Assembly (NCBI GenBank): GCA_905178155.1
Contig: CAJINV010000003.1
Coordinates: 1,080,968-1,144,967, forward strand
Source of the DNA: Amoebophrya sp. A120
Taxonomy: Eukaryota; Protista; Dinoflagellata
Reading direction: 5' to 3'
DNA: 64,000 nucleotides
Part shown: positions 23,583 to 36,066 of the stretch, one piece after another
Numbering within the stretch: position 1 is the stretch's first letter
Layout of the letters: each line of letters starts with the position of its first letter
The notes under the pieces: model-generated
Seen by the model: only the letters and a program-made list of their open reading frames with translations
Database searches by the model: none
What the model was told of the DNA's origin: nothing
Translations under genes and position numbers: made by a program

Positions 23583-26500
23583 TCACCAAAATTTGCCCTT
23601 GCCTTTTCGATTCGGGCGCGCAAAACCCGTCATTTCTGCCCACTTGCCCTCGGCCCGCCTCCGGTGGTAGTGGGCGCCCTTTTTGACGCCCTTCCCCTTT
23701 CCCCAGATTAACCGCCCCTTTCGCGACGGCGGTGCTCCCTTGACCCAAACGGGAGCGTCCTTGTAACTGAGCGCTCCCGCGTCGACCCAGTTGGACCCGA
23801 AGGTTCCCCCCGTGAAATTCACCATCCCACCTCCCAGGATGTTTCCCTTATAGCCCCCAGCGAACCTTGGCAGGTTTTTGGCGAACCCGCAGGACCGGCC
23901 CCGCTCCGCTTCGGAAACGAGGCAATGCAGGTCCCCGTTTGTCCCCTGCGGCCCGATGAGCAGGAGCAGGCAGGGGTAAAACACCAAAGACATCAGCGCC
24001 GCGTACAGAATGGTGAAGAACATCGCGGCGCCGAGGCGCGTGAAAACGGAAACGTTGCAGAGGCGCCACAGCACCAGCGCCGTCGAAGCGGTTGTGACGA
24101 AGCCGGCCACGATCGACGGGCCCATCGACTGCATCGCGAATTGCACGCGGGGCCTCCGCCCGTAGAGCCCGTGGTTCCGTCCCCCCTCAATGTAACCGGT
24201 GCTTAAGTGCAGGATGTAGTCCATGGTCAGGCCAATCGCGATCAGCACGGCTAAGCTCTCGACGAGCCCGAACTCGGAGTCCATACTAATCAGCGTGGCG
24301 ACGACCATTTCCACGACGAAAAACGCGACCAGGTTCGCAAAGATCGTCACGATCCAATTCCGCGTGGCCAGGAGGACGGCGAGGAACACCAATGGGGTGG
24401 CCCACGCGATGCCGACAAAGTAGGAGATCGACACTTCCTTCATCGTCTCGTAAAACTGATAGCCCGTCGAGTACTGGTGCGCAAACCCCGCCTTCGCCGG
24501 CGCAATCAGGTTGAAATGGTCCAGAACACTCTGCACCGCTTCTGAAATCCGCTCGGCGTCGTCAAAGGGGATGTGCCGCAAAGAGGAAAAGGGGACAGAA
24601 AATTTCAATCCGTACATGGCGAAATTAGCCGAATTGATCCTGGTTTCGTCAAAATATAATCCGCCTCCGTCCTCGGTTGTGGACAGTAGAACGGGTACTT
24701 GGTCCGCGTCTTTATTCCCGTATTTCGCCGGGGGCTGGCAGGCGGAGGCACCGCTGCTCCAGGTGGTCGAGCCCCAGCACTGCGGACCGGTAACGTCGTC
24801 GCTTTCCAGTTTTCGCGCGGCACGCACGAATTGGTCCGTCCACGCCGGCCCCTGGTACACCGTGGTTGCGTCGGGCCGCTGGAAAAAGGCCGACTCGCCG
24901 CTGGCGGGGCCCCCTTGCGCGACGCGCTCCGTTGCGTAGGCCCGGTGGTAACCGCGAACCAAAGTCGCTCCGCCGGCCAACTGCCGTTTGGTTAAGAGGA
25001 AGCTCGCTGTGCTATCATCTTCGGAGGACTGGTAGTTGACGACGGGCAACGTGGTGTAGTCAAAGTCTTTGGCAAAAATGGTTTCTTCGGTTTGTTGCTG
25101 CACGACCTCTAGCACTGTGCGAAACGGACAGCGCAGGCTGTTGTCCACAAACGAATCCGTTTTATCGTTGAAGCTAGTCTCTAAACGTTTCCCCAGCTGC
25201 AGAATGTGGCGCACACTCTCGGGCGCGAGCAGGTCCACGGCCGGGTTTTTGTTCAGTTGCGGGTAGTTTCCGGAACTTTCGTCCCACTCCGGCAGCCACC
25301 GGGAACTTACGGTGGAGTCGCCCCCTTCGACCCACACCTCCTCCCTCACCCCCCAGAACACGTAGACCGTGTGGTTATTATTGGAAGACGGGAAATGGTG
25401 CCCCACCTCGTCCAAAATATCGCGCTCGTTGTACATGTGGGTTTCCGGGAAAAAGGACACGGGCTTCTCCGGGTAGTCAATCTGGCCGACGACGACGAGA
25501 GAAATGATCACCAGAATCCCCATCCCGAGGACAATCCCCATCGCCGGCGGGTAGCTGCACGCCGGGGTCGCGCGCAGATCCGCGTGCGCCGGGTTTATGT
25601 CCTCGTACGACTTGCCGAACGTTCCCGTGTACAAACCGCATAGCTCCTTCATGAACTTCGCCTTGGCCGAACGAAAATTTTCGTAGTAGTAATCGTTCCG
25701 CACGCCCCACAGGTCCTTTTTCGGCAGCGCGGAAAGGAGCGGGGAGGCGTGGAGGTACTTCAGGTAAGCGCTGAGAACCGCGGGCGCCACCACGACGGCC
25801 AGGAAATAGTCCGCGGTTAATAAACATGCCGTCAACAACCCGAGGTGGACCACGCCCGCGAAACTGCTGCTCAGCATCGCGAGGAAGGCGATGATAGTGG
25901 TGAAGGAGGTGGTGAAGATGCTCTTGTTGCTCCGGCGCAGCGCGCGGCGCAAAGCGATGTAGATGCGCACCTCTGTGTAGGCGGCTGGCCGGCCGGCGTT
26001 CAGGCCGTACTTGAAAGACTCCCGGGCCTCCCAAGCCAAGTCCGGATCATCGGTAACCGCCATGTATTACAGTGAAAAGTGCCCCCCCACCCCTGAAATT
26101 GTGATGCGAAGTTTCCACATGAAAACTGTTTGTGATGCATGAAAGGACTATGAATCTTTCTGATGCAGAGCCTAGGCGTGTATCGCATCGCTTGCATGAC
26201 AAGCGCCACCCTTGCTGGGGTCTTTTGCAATACAAATTTTCGCTATTCACGATTGGAAACCTGTCATGCTGATAGATGCAAGAGGGCGAGTGTTTCATTT
26301 GGAAAGGTTTGCAATACAAATGCTCCCAAGTTCGGGGGTGGGGGCATTTTTCATTGTAATACCATGGTTTGGAGCTTCGCATCTCCGTCCGGAACGTCGT
26401 GTCGCGCGTCCGGCAGCTCCTGTCGTAAAGTTTCGAACAGGACAAAGAAGTCGTCCGTGCCAACGGCGAAGAGGACGAAAAACGCAAAGTACATCACCGG

Positions 26501-28587
26501 GTCGAAGTAGCTCCGCCAGCAGACGTAAAAGTAGAGAAACATCCCCAGGCACAGGCTCGACAGCTGGAGTAAGAGCAGGTTTAAAATGCAGAAGGGGCTG
26601 AAGGTGAAAGCGTAGGTGATCACCACGATCGCGATCAGCGTGAACGGCAACCCGACCGCCACGTCGCGCGTCGCGAGCGCGTTGAGTTCTTCCCGGCTGC
26701 AGGCGGAATCGTAAAACCGGACCTGATAATCCAGGCTGTTAGGAAATTTATACCATCCCCCGTCGTTATTTAGGCGCGGGGATAAACCGGAGGCATCCGC
26801 GTCCGTGAAGGTCGATGCGAGCAAATCGTTCAGCCGTTCGCAGTAGTCGATGGTGAAATTGCTTTCCCGCGCGAACGTCGTCATCCCGGTGGAGGCCACG
26901 ACGCGGAGGGTAGTTATCAAATGTAAAAATGTCTGGGTCTGGAAGAATGCGCGATTTGTCATGCTGCTTTTCCATGACCCGTGAGGTCTGGAATGCAGGA
27001 CCTAGCATGACAGATTCTGCGACACTTCTCTAATGCCTATCCTGCATGAGAAACTCCCTCCCGACTTGGTCAAAACTGGACGACTTTTGGTAATCACGCA
27101 ACACAGATTTTTGCATGCTGCGGATTTAGCATGACAAGTTGCAATCTTCCAGACCCAGACATTTTTACATTTGATAGTAGTTTGGGCATTACTATCTCCG
27201 ACAACCGGCATTGCTTGTACCGTGCTGAGCGTTGGATCAATGGCGCCGACGGTTTCACAGCTGAGGATGTCGTCGATTTGGTCTTGCACCGCCTTCCAGT
27301 ACGACGCTTCCGCGGCCTCGCGCGCCTGTAAATAGTCGGTGGCATCCACGTCCAGATTCGCCAAGTAGGGCTCCATTTTTTCCTGCTCCAGTCCCCCCTC
27401 GCCCCAGAGCTGGGACGAGGAACTACTAGAGGCCAGCCACGCGAGAAACCCGATCCGACTGCGACTGTACACGAACCGCAGAAAGTAAAAATCCTTTCCC
27501 AACGGGAGGCTCGGCGAGCGCTGCAACGCGCCAAATAACGTCGTCTCCAGCTTGCAGGCAGCCCTCAAAAAGTTCCCCGATTGCAGGAGATTGTTGCCAG
27601 GATTATAGCTGATGTCCCGGTACAGGAGAAAGGGCTGCTGCATCAGCGTGGTCGCGTTCTTTTTGTCCCGGGAATCTGCGGAGAAAGTGGTGTAATCTGG
27701 CCCGTTGCTCGCTTCAAGCCCCTCCCGCCGCCGCAACGTCTGCATGTAGGCGAAGCTGTGTTCATAGTCCACCGGCGGCTTCCCCGAGTCCTCGTCTTTT
27801 AAATGTGAAAAGTAGGCCCGTGCGGCGTCGAACCCGTTGAAGCGCAGGTCCGTGTCGTTCCCGAGAAAAATGTCAGCTTCGGAGACGCCGGCCTGCGCGG
27901 ACGTCGACTTGGGAAACCCGAGCGTCTGCTGGGGCAGCGGGATTTTCAACCTGCCGTCCCACATGGTCCCCGCTTCTTCCCTCCACATCTGGTTCAGCGC
28001 CAACCGGATCTGCACCAGGGGAGATTCCAACGGGGCGTAGGACTATTACAATGAAAAATGCTCCCACCCCAGAACTTGGAAGCATTTGTATATGCAAACC
28101 TTCCCAAATGAAACACTCGCCCTCTTGCATCTATCAGCATCACAGATCGCCAATCGTGAATATGGTGTCCAGACGACAGAAGTTCGTAGTTCGTAGTTCT
28201 ATGACGGCACGCAAGACACAAGAGTTTCGAACATCGAAAGACTAGCAAAAGAGGAAGCTAAGCAGCTCAATGTCCGAAGTATTCGACTTCAGTCTATCCC
28301 TGTCGACCTGTAAAAGGTTAGCATCAAAAGATGAGGAAGAGTTTTAATTTGGAAACTTCGCATCACAAATCATCGAAACTTTGGCGGGGTGGGGGAATTT
28401 TTCACTGTAATAAGGAGAGCAGCGTGTTCCTCCAGTCGTCCGCGTCCACGAGGCTCGAGTCTACGCTGGAAATAGCCACCAGGCCGAGGCCAAGTAGGGT
28501 GAGAAAGTACGTCACTCCCAGCACCACAAAGGGAATCTTCGCCGCCGCGGCGCAGATCGGCCTCTGAACACAATCGCAAATGTACAT
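23583..28587 (-). CDS. Patched/Dispatched-like RND/SSD multi-pass membrane protein interrupted by three TIR introners; start uncertain
   Basis: Four ORF pieces join in frame: LLS-YAPLES, AQT-TLRVV and LQTM-AVTDD. Motifs AVGTDDFFVL and IGLTMDYILH; two hydrophobic TM clusters. Confidence 0.85.
26065..26361. mobile_element. Family B TIR introner, 297 bp
   Basis: TATTACAGTGAAAAGTGCCCCCCCACCCC ... GGGGTGGGGGCATTTTTCATTGTAATA. TSD CCATG at 26060-26064 and 26362-26366. Confidence 0.92.
26915..27176. mobile_element. Family A TIR introner, 262 bp
   Basis: Perfect TIR TATCAAATGTAAAAATGTCTGGGTCTGGAAGA. TSD GTAGT at 26910-26914 and 27177-27181. Confidence 0.95.
28044..28412. mobile_element. Family B TIR introner, 369 bp, inverted relative to 26065..26361
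   Basis: TATTACAATGAAAAATGCTCCCACCCC ... GGGGTGGGGGAATTTTTCACTGTAATA. TSD AGGAC/AGGAG. The first ~120 bp closely match the reverse complement of ~26245-26361. Confidence 0.9.
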
Positions 28588-29329
28588 TATCCTGTTGCCG
28601 CAAAAGTTACTATGTGTCTGACTGATAGTACACTAATCTGAGTGAAAGCATTGTCGTCGTGGTCGTTTGCTTTGATATAATTTTTGAGACACGATGGGTA
28701 AGAGTATCGGGTAAGCATAACAAAAACTTCTGGCGGTGGTCCTTTGACAGAATCTATTTGGGCAGCTACAGGCTAAGAGAAACAGTGCAGGAGCAACGTT
28801 CTCAACATAATCCTCAAATGGGCACGGCGATAAACATGGACAAGCAGCATAAGTACGAAATAAAACAACGCCTAGTAATCCACGAGCACGACCACGCACG
28901 AAAACGACGTCCAAGATTGAGTATAGTAAGTACAAACGTAAGTACTTTACGAAGCGCTTAGTGAACGACAAAAAGGAAGAACGAATTCCAAATTATTTCC
29001 TGTGGAGAGCAGTAGTATCAGAGTTGTAGATGGAGGACGAGACGATGGTAGTAGTGAGTCACGCAACGAAGAGAACGGACAACAGAGTGAAGCTGAAGAC
29101 GTACGATGTTCTCCAGAGGACTAGGACTATCTATGCATACCTCGAATTTGACAACAAAGATGAAAAGTCGATCACAGGCTTATCTCGCGGAAGGATACAA
29201 TGCTCCCCCAGCATCAAGCATGCTAGCTCGCATTCCTGCGGTATCATGGTCCATCAATCAGCAGCGGCGAGAGAGAGAGTCCAAAACAACGCGTTCGCAA
29301 ATCTGTCACAAAAAATCAGGACTGATTCA

Positions 29330-30635
29330 TTACAAAAGTTTCTGTACGCGGAAGAAGTGTTTTAGATGCCATACTTGCCAAATGCTGGTTACCAAAATGA
29401 GGAAAATCATGCCCAGGTTGACGGACATCATAGTGGAGATGGCGGATTCCAATAGGTACTCGAACTTCGCCAATTGCTTCTTCTCGTACTCGTTTTCGGC
29501 CGCAATCAGATCGGTCTGCGAAACCGACTCCTTCAGCAGCGCGTCGAGGGTGTTGATGTCCTTGGCCTTTACCAGCCCCCGCTGCTCATATAGACAGTAT
29601 GGAAACGAGAAAACAGACGAAGTTTGCTCCTTGCTCACTCGCTTTTTACCAACATGAACCAGGGAAGAGCACCACAACTGTAGTCCTGCTGTGGCACCGA
29701 TTGCTGTAACCACGTAGTGATTTTTCCTATCGCGTGGAGTAGACGTAGAAGATGACCTAGAGTATACTTAGACTTACTTACCACCTCCTTGAACCTGACA
29801 TACACAAAGTCCTGGCGACGCTTCAGTATTGAGCAGAAGCGGTAATGTTGACTTTGCATTTCCCTATGTTTGCGATGTTGCTGGCATCGGCATCCTCAAT
29901 TGCTGCGGTCTCTAAGGCCACAGTCCACCTGCTCTTCAGCTGGTTTCCCCACCAGTTCGTCTCTCCGCAGATTACTGAGAACCTTCGCGTTTATTTGTGC
30001 ATACCGTCACTACCATGAAAGGTCTCCATCGATCGCTGCAATTGAGCCTGATCGTCATCCTGATCTACTTCAAATGACATATTATAAGCAGAAAAAATCG
30101 CTCCTACACCAAACAAACTAGTTTTACCCAGTAAGGGCCTTAGGTCTAGCAAACGAAACAAACTTATGTACGAGTGTTCTCCTTCCATGTTGGTCAAGAT
30201 GCTGAACTTGCCCGCAGACTCGCCCTTGTCGTTGGGGGCCACGTTTTTCGTGTTGCGGACGACACCGTTGGTGTCTCGGAATTCGAGCCGGCAGTGCGTG
30301 GCACGGTCCTCGCTCACCGTGTACTTCACGCTGAACACTTGGCCCTCATCGAGGACTTTCACGAATGTTCTCGTCTGTCCCTCGCTCAAGTAGAAGTACG
30401 CACCTTTTTTTCCCTCCTCCACGGGGTCCGAGAGGGCGAGTTGCAGAGAGGCCGGCTTGGCCACTTGTTGCAGCATTTGTGTTGTACCCGCGGGCTGCAG
30501 CTCGGGGCCGGCGGCCGCCGCGGAGTCCTCGGAAGAGGTAGAGCCTCTTTGGTTGCTCCGCCCACCGCCACCCAGCGCGGCCACAGCGCCGCTGGCCACG
30601 AGGAAAAACCTCTTCCACAATCGCGGAAACCGCAT
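29330..30635 (-). CDS. emp24/gp25L/p24 GOLD-domain cargo receptor, multi-exon
   Basis: Signal-like N-terminus; YFYLSEGQTRTF; GKFSILTNMEGEH; C-terminal TM followed by WQVWHLKHFFRVQKLL, typical of p24. Confidence 0.85.
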
Positions 30636-31716
30636 GGGACTAGCGCGCAATGCTTGACGGTGCTGCGCTCTTGTTAGTGTTGCTGCCACACCCGATTTTG
30701 GTCCTGCAGGTCGGTTTCGCTTACTTGGGTGCTTAAGGTTCTTTTCTACTCGCACATTTTTTCGATTTTCCTTAACGACATTTTGGCGGTGCCACGAGGG
30801 TGAAGTGAACGCTGATAATGTCCTGAACCTCGACAGACTCCAGCATGCTGACGTCGTGCGGCTGCAGGACGCAATTGGTGCTTCTTGTTCTGCAGGAAAG
30901 CCTCCCTCTTTGTTCCCGTGCTTGAGACGCACAAGACTTGACTGCGTCAATCCATCGTCACCAGTCGCGCAACTTGGTTGACGCAACGCGTTAGTTGCTG
31001 AAGTCGGGCGGTTAAAAAACGAACGCACTCTGTAGTTACTGCTCCTGGACCGCACCTCGTTGTCCATAATGAGACCTTCCATATCCATCGGGCACAGAAA
31101 GAAAATCGATGCTGGCACCTGTACAACACGAGACTAATGGGCTCACTTCCGTCTAGGTCATTCAAGACTTCTACATAAACGAACTACAACAATGCAACCG
31201 TTTTACAACTACACCCTTGCGACGGTTGAACTTTGTTTTTAGGGTTTAGGGTTTATCACTTGATGTTGATCTTGCTACTTTATGTATGCGTAAATGGTAA
31301 AAAAGCCGATTTGTTTTAGCAGCACCAGCAAAAAGAAAGAAAGTGAAAGATGATGATCCATGAAAAACAAAGCAGCTCTGACAAAATGGAGCGTTGGAAA
31401 AAGCATGGAGCGGAGCCGACACACAGGTCAGATGCTGGGTCGCTCCTGAAACACACGGCGCCGGAGCGCAGCTCATCAGAGCATGATTGAAGCGAGCCTT
31501 TTCTTGTGATCCCGAATCATCACTCTCGGGCCGAGTAAAGCGAAAACCAGAAGCCTCGTCTGACCCTGACACCGAAATAAATGCTTCTTCTGCTTTTTCA
31601 TTTTCGCTAACTGCGCATATGCTGGCAAGCAACTACAAGAATAGCTACGACGCCACCTCTGCGAACACACGAATCAGTAGTTCGCACTTAGTACATGACG
31701 CGGCAAATCTAGGTCG

Positions 31717-33171
31717 TTATGTCCACGGTAAATTGTTGCAGTGACTGACTATTCCGAGCACAGCGTACAAGGCTGTCCAATAGAGAAAAAACGACTGCAG
31801 GTCCGGCCGTAGCGCGAGCCAATAGAGTATTGGACTGGAGGCCCAGGCGAGTCTCGTAATTGTTTCCACATGCGCGTTCAGAAACACAAACGTTACGAGA
31901 AGAATCGTGTGAAGTTCGTACTTCAAGAATGGGTCCCGCACCATGCGAAGTAGCAGGCGTTCTCGCTTGGTGATGCTCTTTTCTTCACCGCTTTGAGGCT
32001 GAAAACACGCAATCAGCTTTTTCGCGACGGCCGGCGCCACGTAGCCGTACACCATCCACAACATCGGCCCAGCCAGGAAGAAATTTGGGAGTTTGCGCAG
32101 CTGCCAATACCGCAGAAACCCGTTATTCCAGTACTTTTCCTGGACGGTAGCATATGCACTCTGCAGCCGAAACTCCGGCAAGAAGAGCCACCGGTCTGCC
32201 GTGGACGACGCCTCATCGAAAAGAACGCCACTGGTGGAAGGAACTTTGTGGGAAAAATCAAACCGCTCGGCTGCAAAACCCTCTACCAGCAGAAACGGCA
32301 GTACTGCTGCCGTGGCAAGAACCGTGAATCGCATCCACTTCCCACACAATGGATTGGAATCTGGATGTAATGCGATGAGAACCAGACTGAGAATTCCATT
32401 TGCCCGAGTTGCGGACGCTAAGAAAAAGCCAATGGCCGGTAAAAGCACGTTCACGTTCGACCCTTTCTCGAGCAGCCAGCAAGCGGTGAAATGCGCAGCT
32501 GCGTAGCTACTTTCCGAATAGTTCACGACGAAGAAAACCAAGGCGGGGTTGACGCACACCCAAAACCACAGCTTTTCATGCAGCCGCACTATCGCCCCAA
32601 AGTCGAGACTACTGTTTTCTCGTGGCTCGCTTGCACCAGGCGAAGCTGCAGGTGGTATCGACGTCCTTGTGCCTTGTTCACCACTGGCTGATACTCTACA
32701 GACTATAGTTAATTTCAGAAGCGCAATGCCGATGACGACCGACAAGAGCAGGTTTAGCACCACTCCGCTCCACGGCAGGGTGAGCGGCGTCCAGCTTGCG
32801 ATTTCTCGAATCACGCCCGGGAAGAAGGGAAAAAAAGCCAACTGCGGCTCTTCTCGGTAGCCGTCTTGCGCAACCGTCAGGAATTGCGCACTGTCCCAGC
32901 GGGTAAACGCCCTTTCGTGCCAAGCTGCACCATCATATCTTCGAACACTAGCATCAGGCACATGGTCGGGAAGAAAGTAATCCGCCAATAAGCAGCATAG
33001 GACGAGGACGCAGCGTGGCAAAAGAATACCTTGAACCGCAGCAATCAGACCGGTGTCCTCGCGCAGCCGAAACCACATTTGTTCGTCAGTGTCAGGGCTG
33101 CTACAGTGAAGATGACGAGAAGAGGCTACACCATGATCTTCCCTCCAGGATGTGTTCTTGTAGAAACGCAT
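31717..33171 (-). CDS. PIGV: GPI mannosyltransferase 2 (PIG-V/Gpi18 family)
   Basis: RWDSAQFLTVAQDGY, LAFFPFFP, YSES, RANG and VQEKYWNNGFLRYWQLRKLPNFFLA. ATG 33078 is an alternative start. Confidence 0.9.
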   Translation of the reverse strand: MRFYKNTSWREDHGVASSRHLHCSSPDTDEQMWFRLREDTGLIAAVQGILLPRCVLVLCCLLADYFLPDHVPDASVRRYDGAAWHERAFTRWDSAQFLTVAQDGYREEPQLAFFPFFPGVIREIASWTPLTLPWSGVVLNLLLSVVIGIALLKLTIVCRVSASGEQGTRTSIPPAASPGASEPRENSSLDFGAIVRLHEKLWFWVCVNPALVFFVVNYSESSYAAAHFTACWLLEKGSNVNVLLPAIGFFLASATRANGILSLVLIALHPDSNPLCGKWMRFTVLATAAVLPFLLVEGFAAERFDFSHKVPSTSGVLFDEASSTADRWLFLPEFRLQSAYATVQEKYWNNGFLRYWQLRKLPNFFLAGPMLWMVYGYVAPAVAKKLIACFQPQSGEEKSITKRERLLLRMVRDPFLKYELHTILLVTFVFLNAHVETITRLAWASSPILYWLALRPDLQSFFLYWTALYAVLGIVSHCNNLPWT

Positions 33172-33713
33172 TTGAAGTGCGATCACTTGATAAAGCGAAA
33201 GCCGCAGTGTGAACACAAAACAGCAAATGGAGGCTTGTATGTGCAGCTGCAGACGGGACTTTCAAATGATCTGATCTTCATGTCTTGCTTCACGCACAAG
33301 AGGTTTTATTGGTTTATCAGTTTTACCATGCATACACGTGGAGGTCGTGCCTATCCGCACTAGGCACCACAACCGCATGATAGCTTGAAAGGCAACAGAA
33401 GGAAGAGAAATAATGCCTCTATCTATGATTTGTTAAGTAGATGTCATGTTATGACCTTACCGCAAGACGGATGTATGTGTAATCATTAGAGCAAAAATCC
33501 CAGTAAGTTTCGTTTGTAATTGAAATTGTATGCAAAAAAAAATAACGTCCTTGAATCTGAAGATGAAAGTATAAGTTTGAGTATGTAGCAGAATAAATGC
33601 GAAAACAACTGAAAATTTTTTTGCCAACTCATGTTCCTTCGTAAACTCTCGGTGCCGGCAAACACCAGGTAGGTCGGTACCAAAAACTCCCGCCCGAGGG
33701 TAATTTGCTTCGC

Positions 33714-35206
33714 TCATTTCATCATGTAAGCTCCACTGTGCGCACACTTGTCACAGAAGAGTTGTCTGTGCATGGTCATGACCGCAAACTCCGTGTTGTT
33801 GTAAGGCACAACCCCGATCGCCTCGATCTCATCGGGTTCGTACAGCACGCTTTTGCTCGCTTCCTTCAAAATGAAGATCTTGTTTGACTTCTTCAGGAAG
33901 AGCACTTGCACCTGTTAATATGGGATAAGAACCACATGATCATTGTCATTCTATGACAAACTGGTGCCTACTAACTTCATCGGTATAATTTCCTTCAAGA
34001 ATACGGTATTGCTTTATTGAAAGATCTGACCCTTGTAGAAATGAAAAATCCGAATCCCTATCAATCTGTATGACGAGGTCGTACTAGAAGGGGACAATCA
34101 TGAGCATGGGATAACTGCACAGGCCACAAAACAAACCATACTAAGTAAAAGTACCTCCTTGTTCTCGACGTGCGATAGAATGGTTATTTTGTTCGCCTTG
34201 TAGGTAACCATGAGTTCCCGCACGAAGCGCGAAATGGTTTCGAAGAACTTCAAGCCCCCGTTCACCCGATCCGCCAGCTGTACACGGCCGGCGTTTTGCG
34301 TAAACTTGAACTTCGGCACGGGCGCCTTGGGTTGCATCCACAGGATGGCGTTCGCGGGGGTGTTTTCCGCCCATTGCATGTATATTGTGCCGAAATTGTC
34401 CTCCTTGTAACAGAGGTAGCACCCCACACCGCAGGCCTTCAAGTCCGAAATGTCGGCGCCTGTTTTTAGGTGAGGGATGTTATCAAATGTAAAAATGTCT
34501 GGGTCTGGAAGAATCCGAACTTGTGATGCTGCATTTGGATTCCAAAAAAATCTGTATTGCATAAGCAGCAAAGGGAATGCAATTTTGGCTACGGGGAGAG
34601 GGCATTTGCCATGCGGAATGGGCATCACAGAGCCCTCAGAAAGTCTGTGATGCTAGGGCATGCATCACAGACATCATAGCCCATGCAAAACGTGCATGAC
34701 AAGTCTCAGAATCTTCCAGACCCAGACATTTTTACACGTGATAGATGTGGAGAACGCGCAACGAAGTGCAGGCGCAAGGTAAATTTCAAATCGAATCGAC
34801 CGCAAAACCACATAATTACATACTGAAGTAGTGCGATTAATATAGTCCAAGACTTTACTTACCTATGAAGGCCATGATCATGAAATCATCAAAAAAGCCG
34901 AAGTAAATTTTTACCGTCTCCTTTTGCTCTGGCGCCGTCCGCTTTCAAGCCCCTCATGGCTTCGTCCGAGAAGCCTTCCGAGAGGGCAACCGCCCCCCCT
35001 GCGCCCGGAGTAGCAGGACCCAGAGAGAACATCGAGCCTTCCCGGGCGACCCGGCCGTGGGGAGAGCCCACGCCCGCGGGCTCCTTCGCTCTCTCCTCCC
35101 TCGCCGCGGTGGGCGAAATTTGCAGCCCGGCCACCGAGCTTCGCTTTGGAGTGCCCGAGTACGCGGAGGGCGTCGGAGGTCCTTCCGTCGCGAACGACAT
35201 TGTCAT
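33714..35206 (-). CDS. Immune mapped protein (IMP1/IMP2)-like, multi-exon
   Basis: GCYLCY...GTIYMQWAE...PKAPVPKFKFTQNAGR and C-terminal IEAIGVVPYNNTEF resemble apicomplexan IMP1-like domains (recognised by eye). Confidence 0.6.
34481..34743. mobile_element. Family A TIR introner, 263 bp
   Basis: TATCAAATGTAAAAATGTCTGGGTCTGGAAGA ... TCTTCCAGACCCAGACATTTTTACACGTGATA. TSD GATGT at 34476-34480 and 34744-34748. Confidence 0.92.
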
Positions 35207-36066
35207 CCGAACGTACTTCTCAGAACGCCAACGCTGGTAAAACGGGAAAGTGAAATAAAAGTTTTTGTTTTTGAATGTGAACAAACCTTAATTCGAAGAA
35301 AATACGGGGACAATGAATCGAAAAGTAAATACTTTTGACAATGACGCCACCTGTCTTGTTGAGAGTACATCAAGTGAAGAGCTGCGAAAGCAAGTTCTTG
35401 GTGATCTATCGACCGAAGTTGCGCTTGCGGCAAAACGCGCAAACGGATTGGGCACATTAGGCGATGGCGAACCAGCTCTGGCTTTACGACAGAAAAGTAG
35501 ATCAGCACGTTCAGGCACGAAAATTCGGACCGACTGTCTAGGAAGAGGCACATCGTCAAACCGAAAGCTCACATCGCGAAGGCGACTGACCTCCATTTCA
35601 TGTGTGCATGTCGAAATACCGAGGTGGAGGTATAAAGGGCTAATCAACCTTCGAAGCCACAAAATTTACCGACTTCGTGTTTTGGAAAATCAAACCGACA
35701 GCCCATCATCTGAGGGGATTATTAAACAGGTCACGTGTTCATGCTTGCTGTCCGACGCGGCACTCGTCGTCAAATTTGACGACATCTTAATTCTGAGAAG
35801 TAGAGTATGCGCATAGTTTCTTCATTCGAGTAATGGAAGATTTGGTTTCGTTTTCGATTTTGTGTTAGTTCATTTGTTTGTGCTCGATGCGACACAGGAG
35901 TCAAGAAGAACTTCCGCCAACGCGACTTGAGGGTCAACCTCAAGGATTTGTGGTCTTATGCAAAATGTAGCTTTACCTTCTATGTTTACACTTTGGTCAA
36001 CACAAAAATCGCAATATGCGACAAAATAACCCAGTACCCTGGTAGCTGGACGATCTTCTACCGTCA

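Noticed and set aside
26060-34748. AT-AC boundaries obtainable for the elements at 26065 and 34481 (U12-type introns)
   Set aside because: There is no ATATCCTT donor consensus. The dinucleotides arise by chance from CAT in the TSD and are not a general property of the set.
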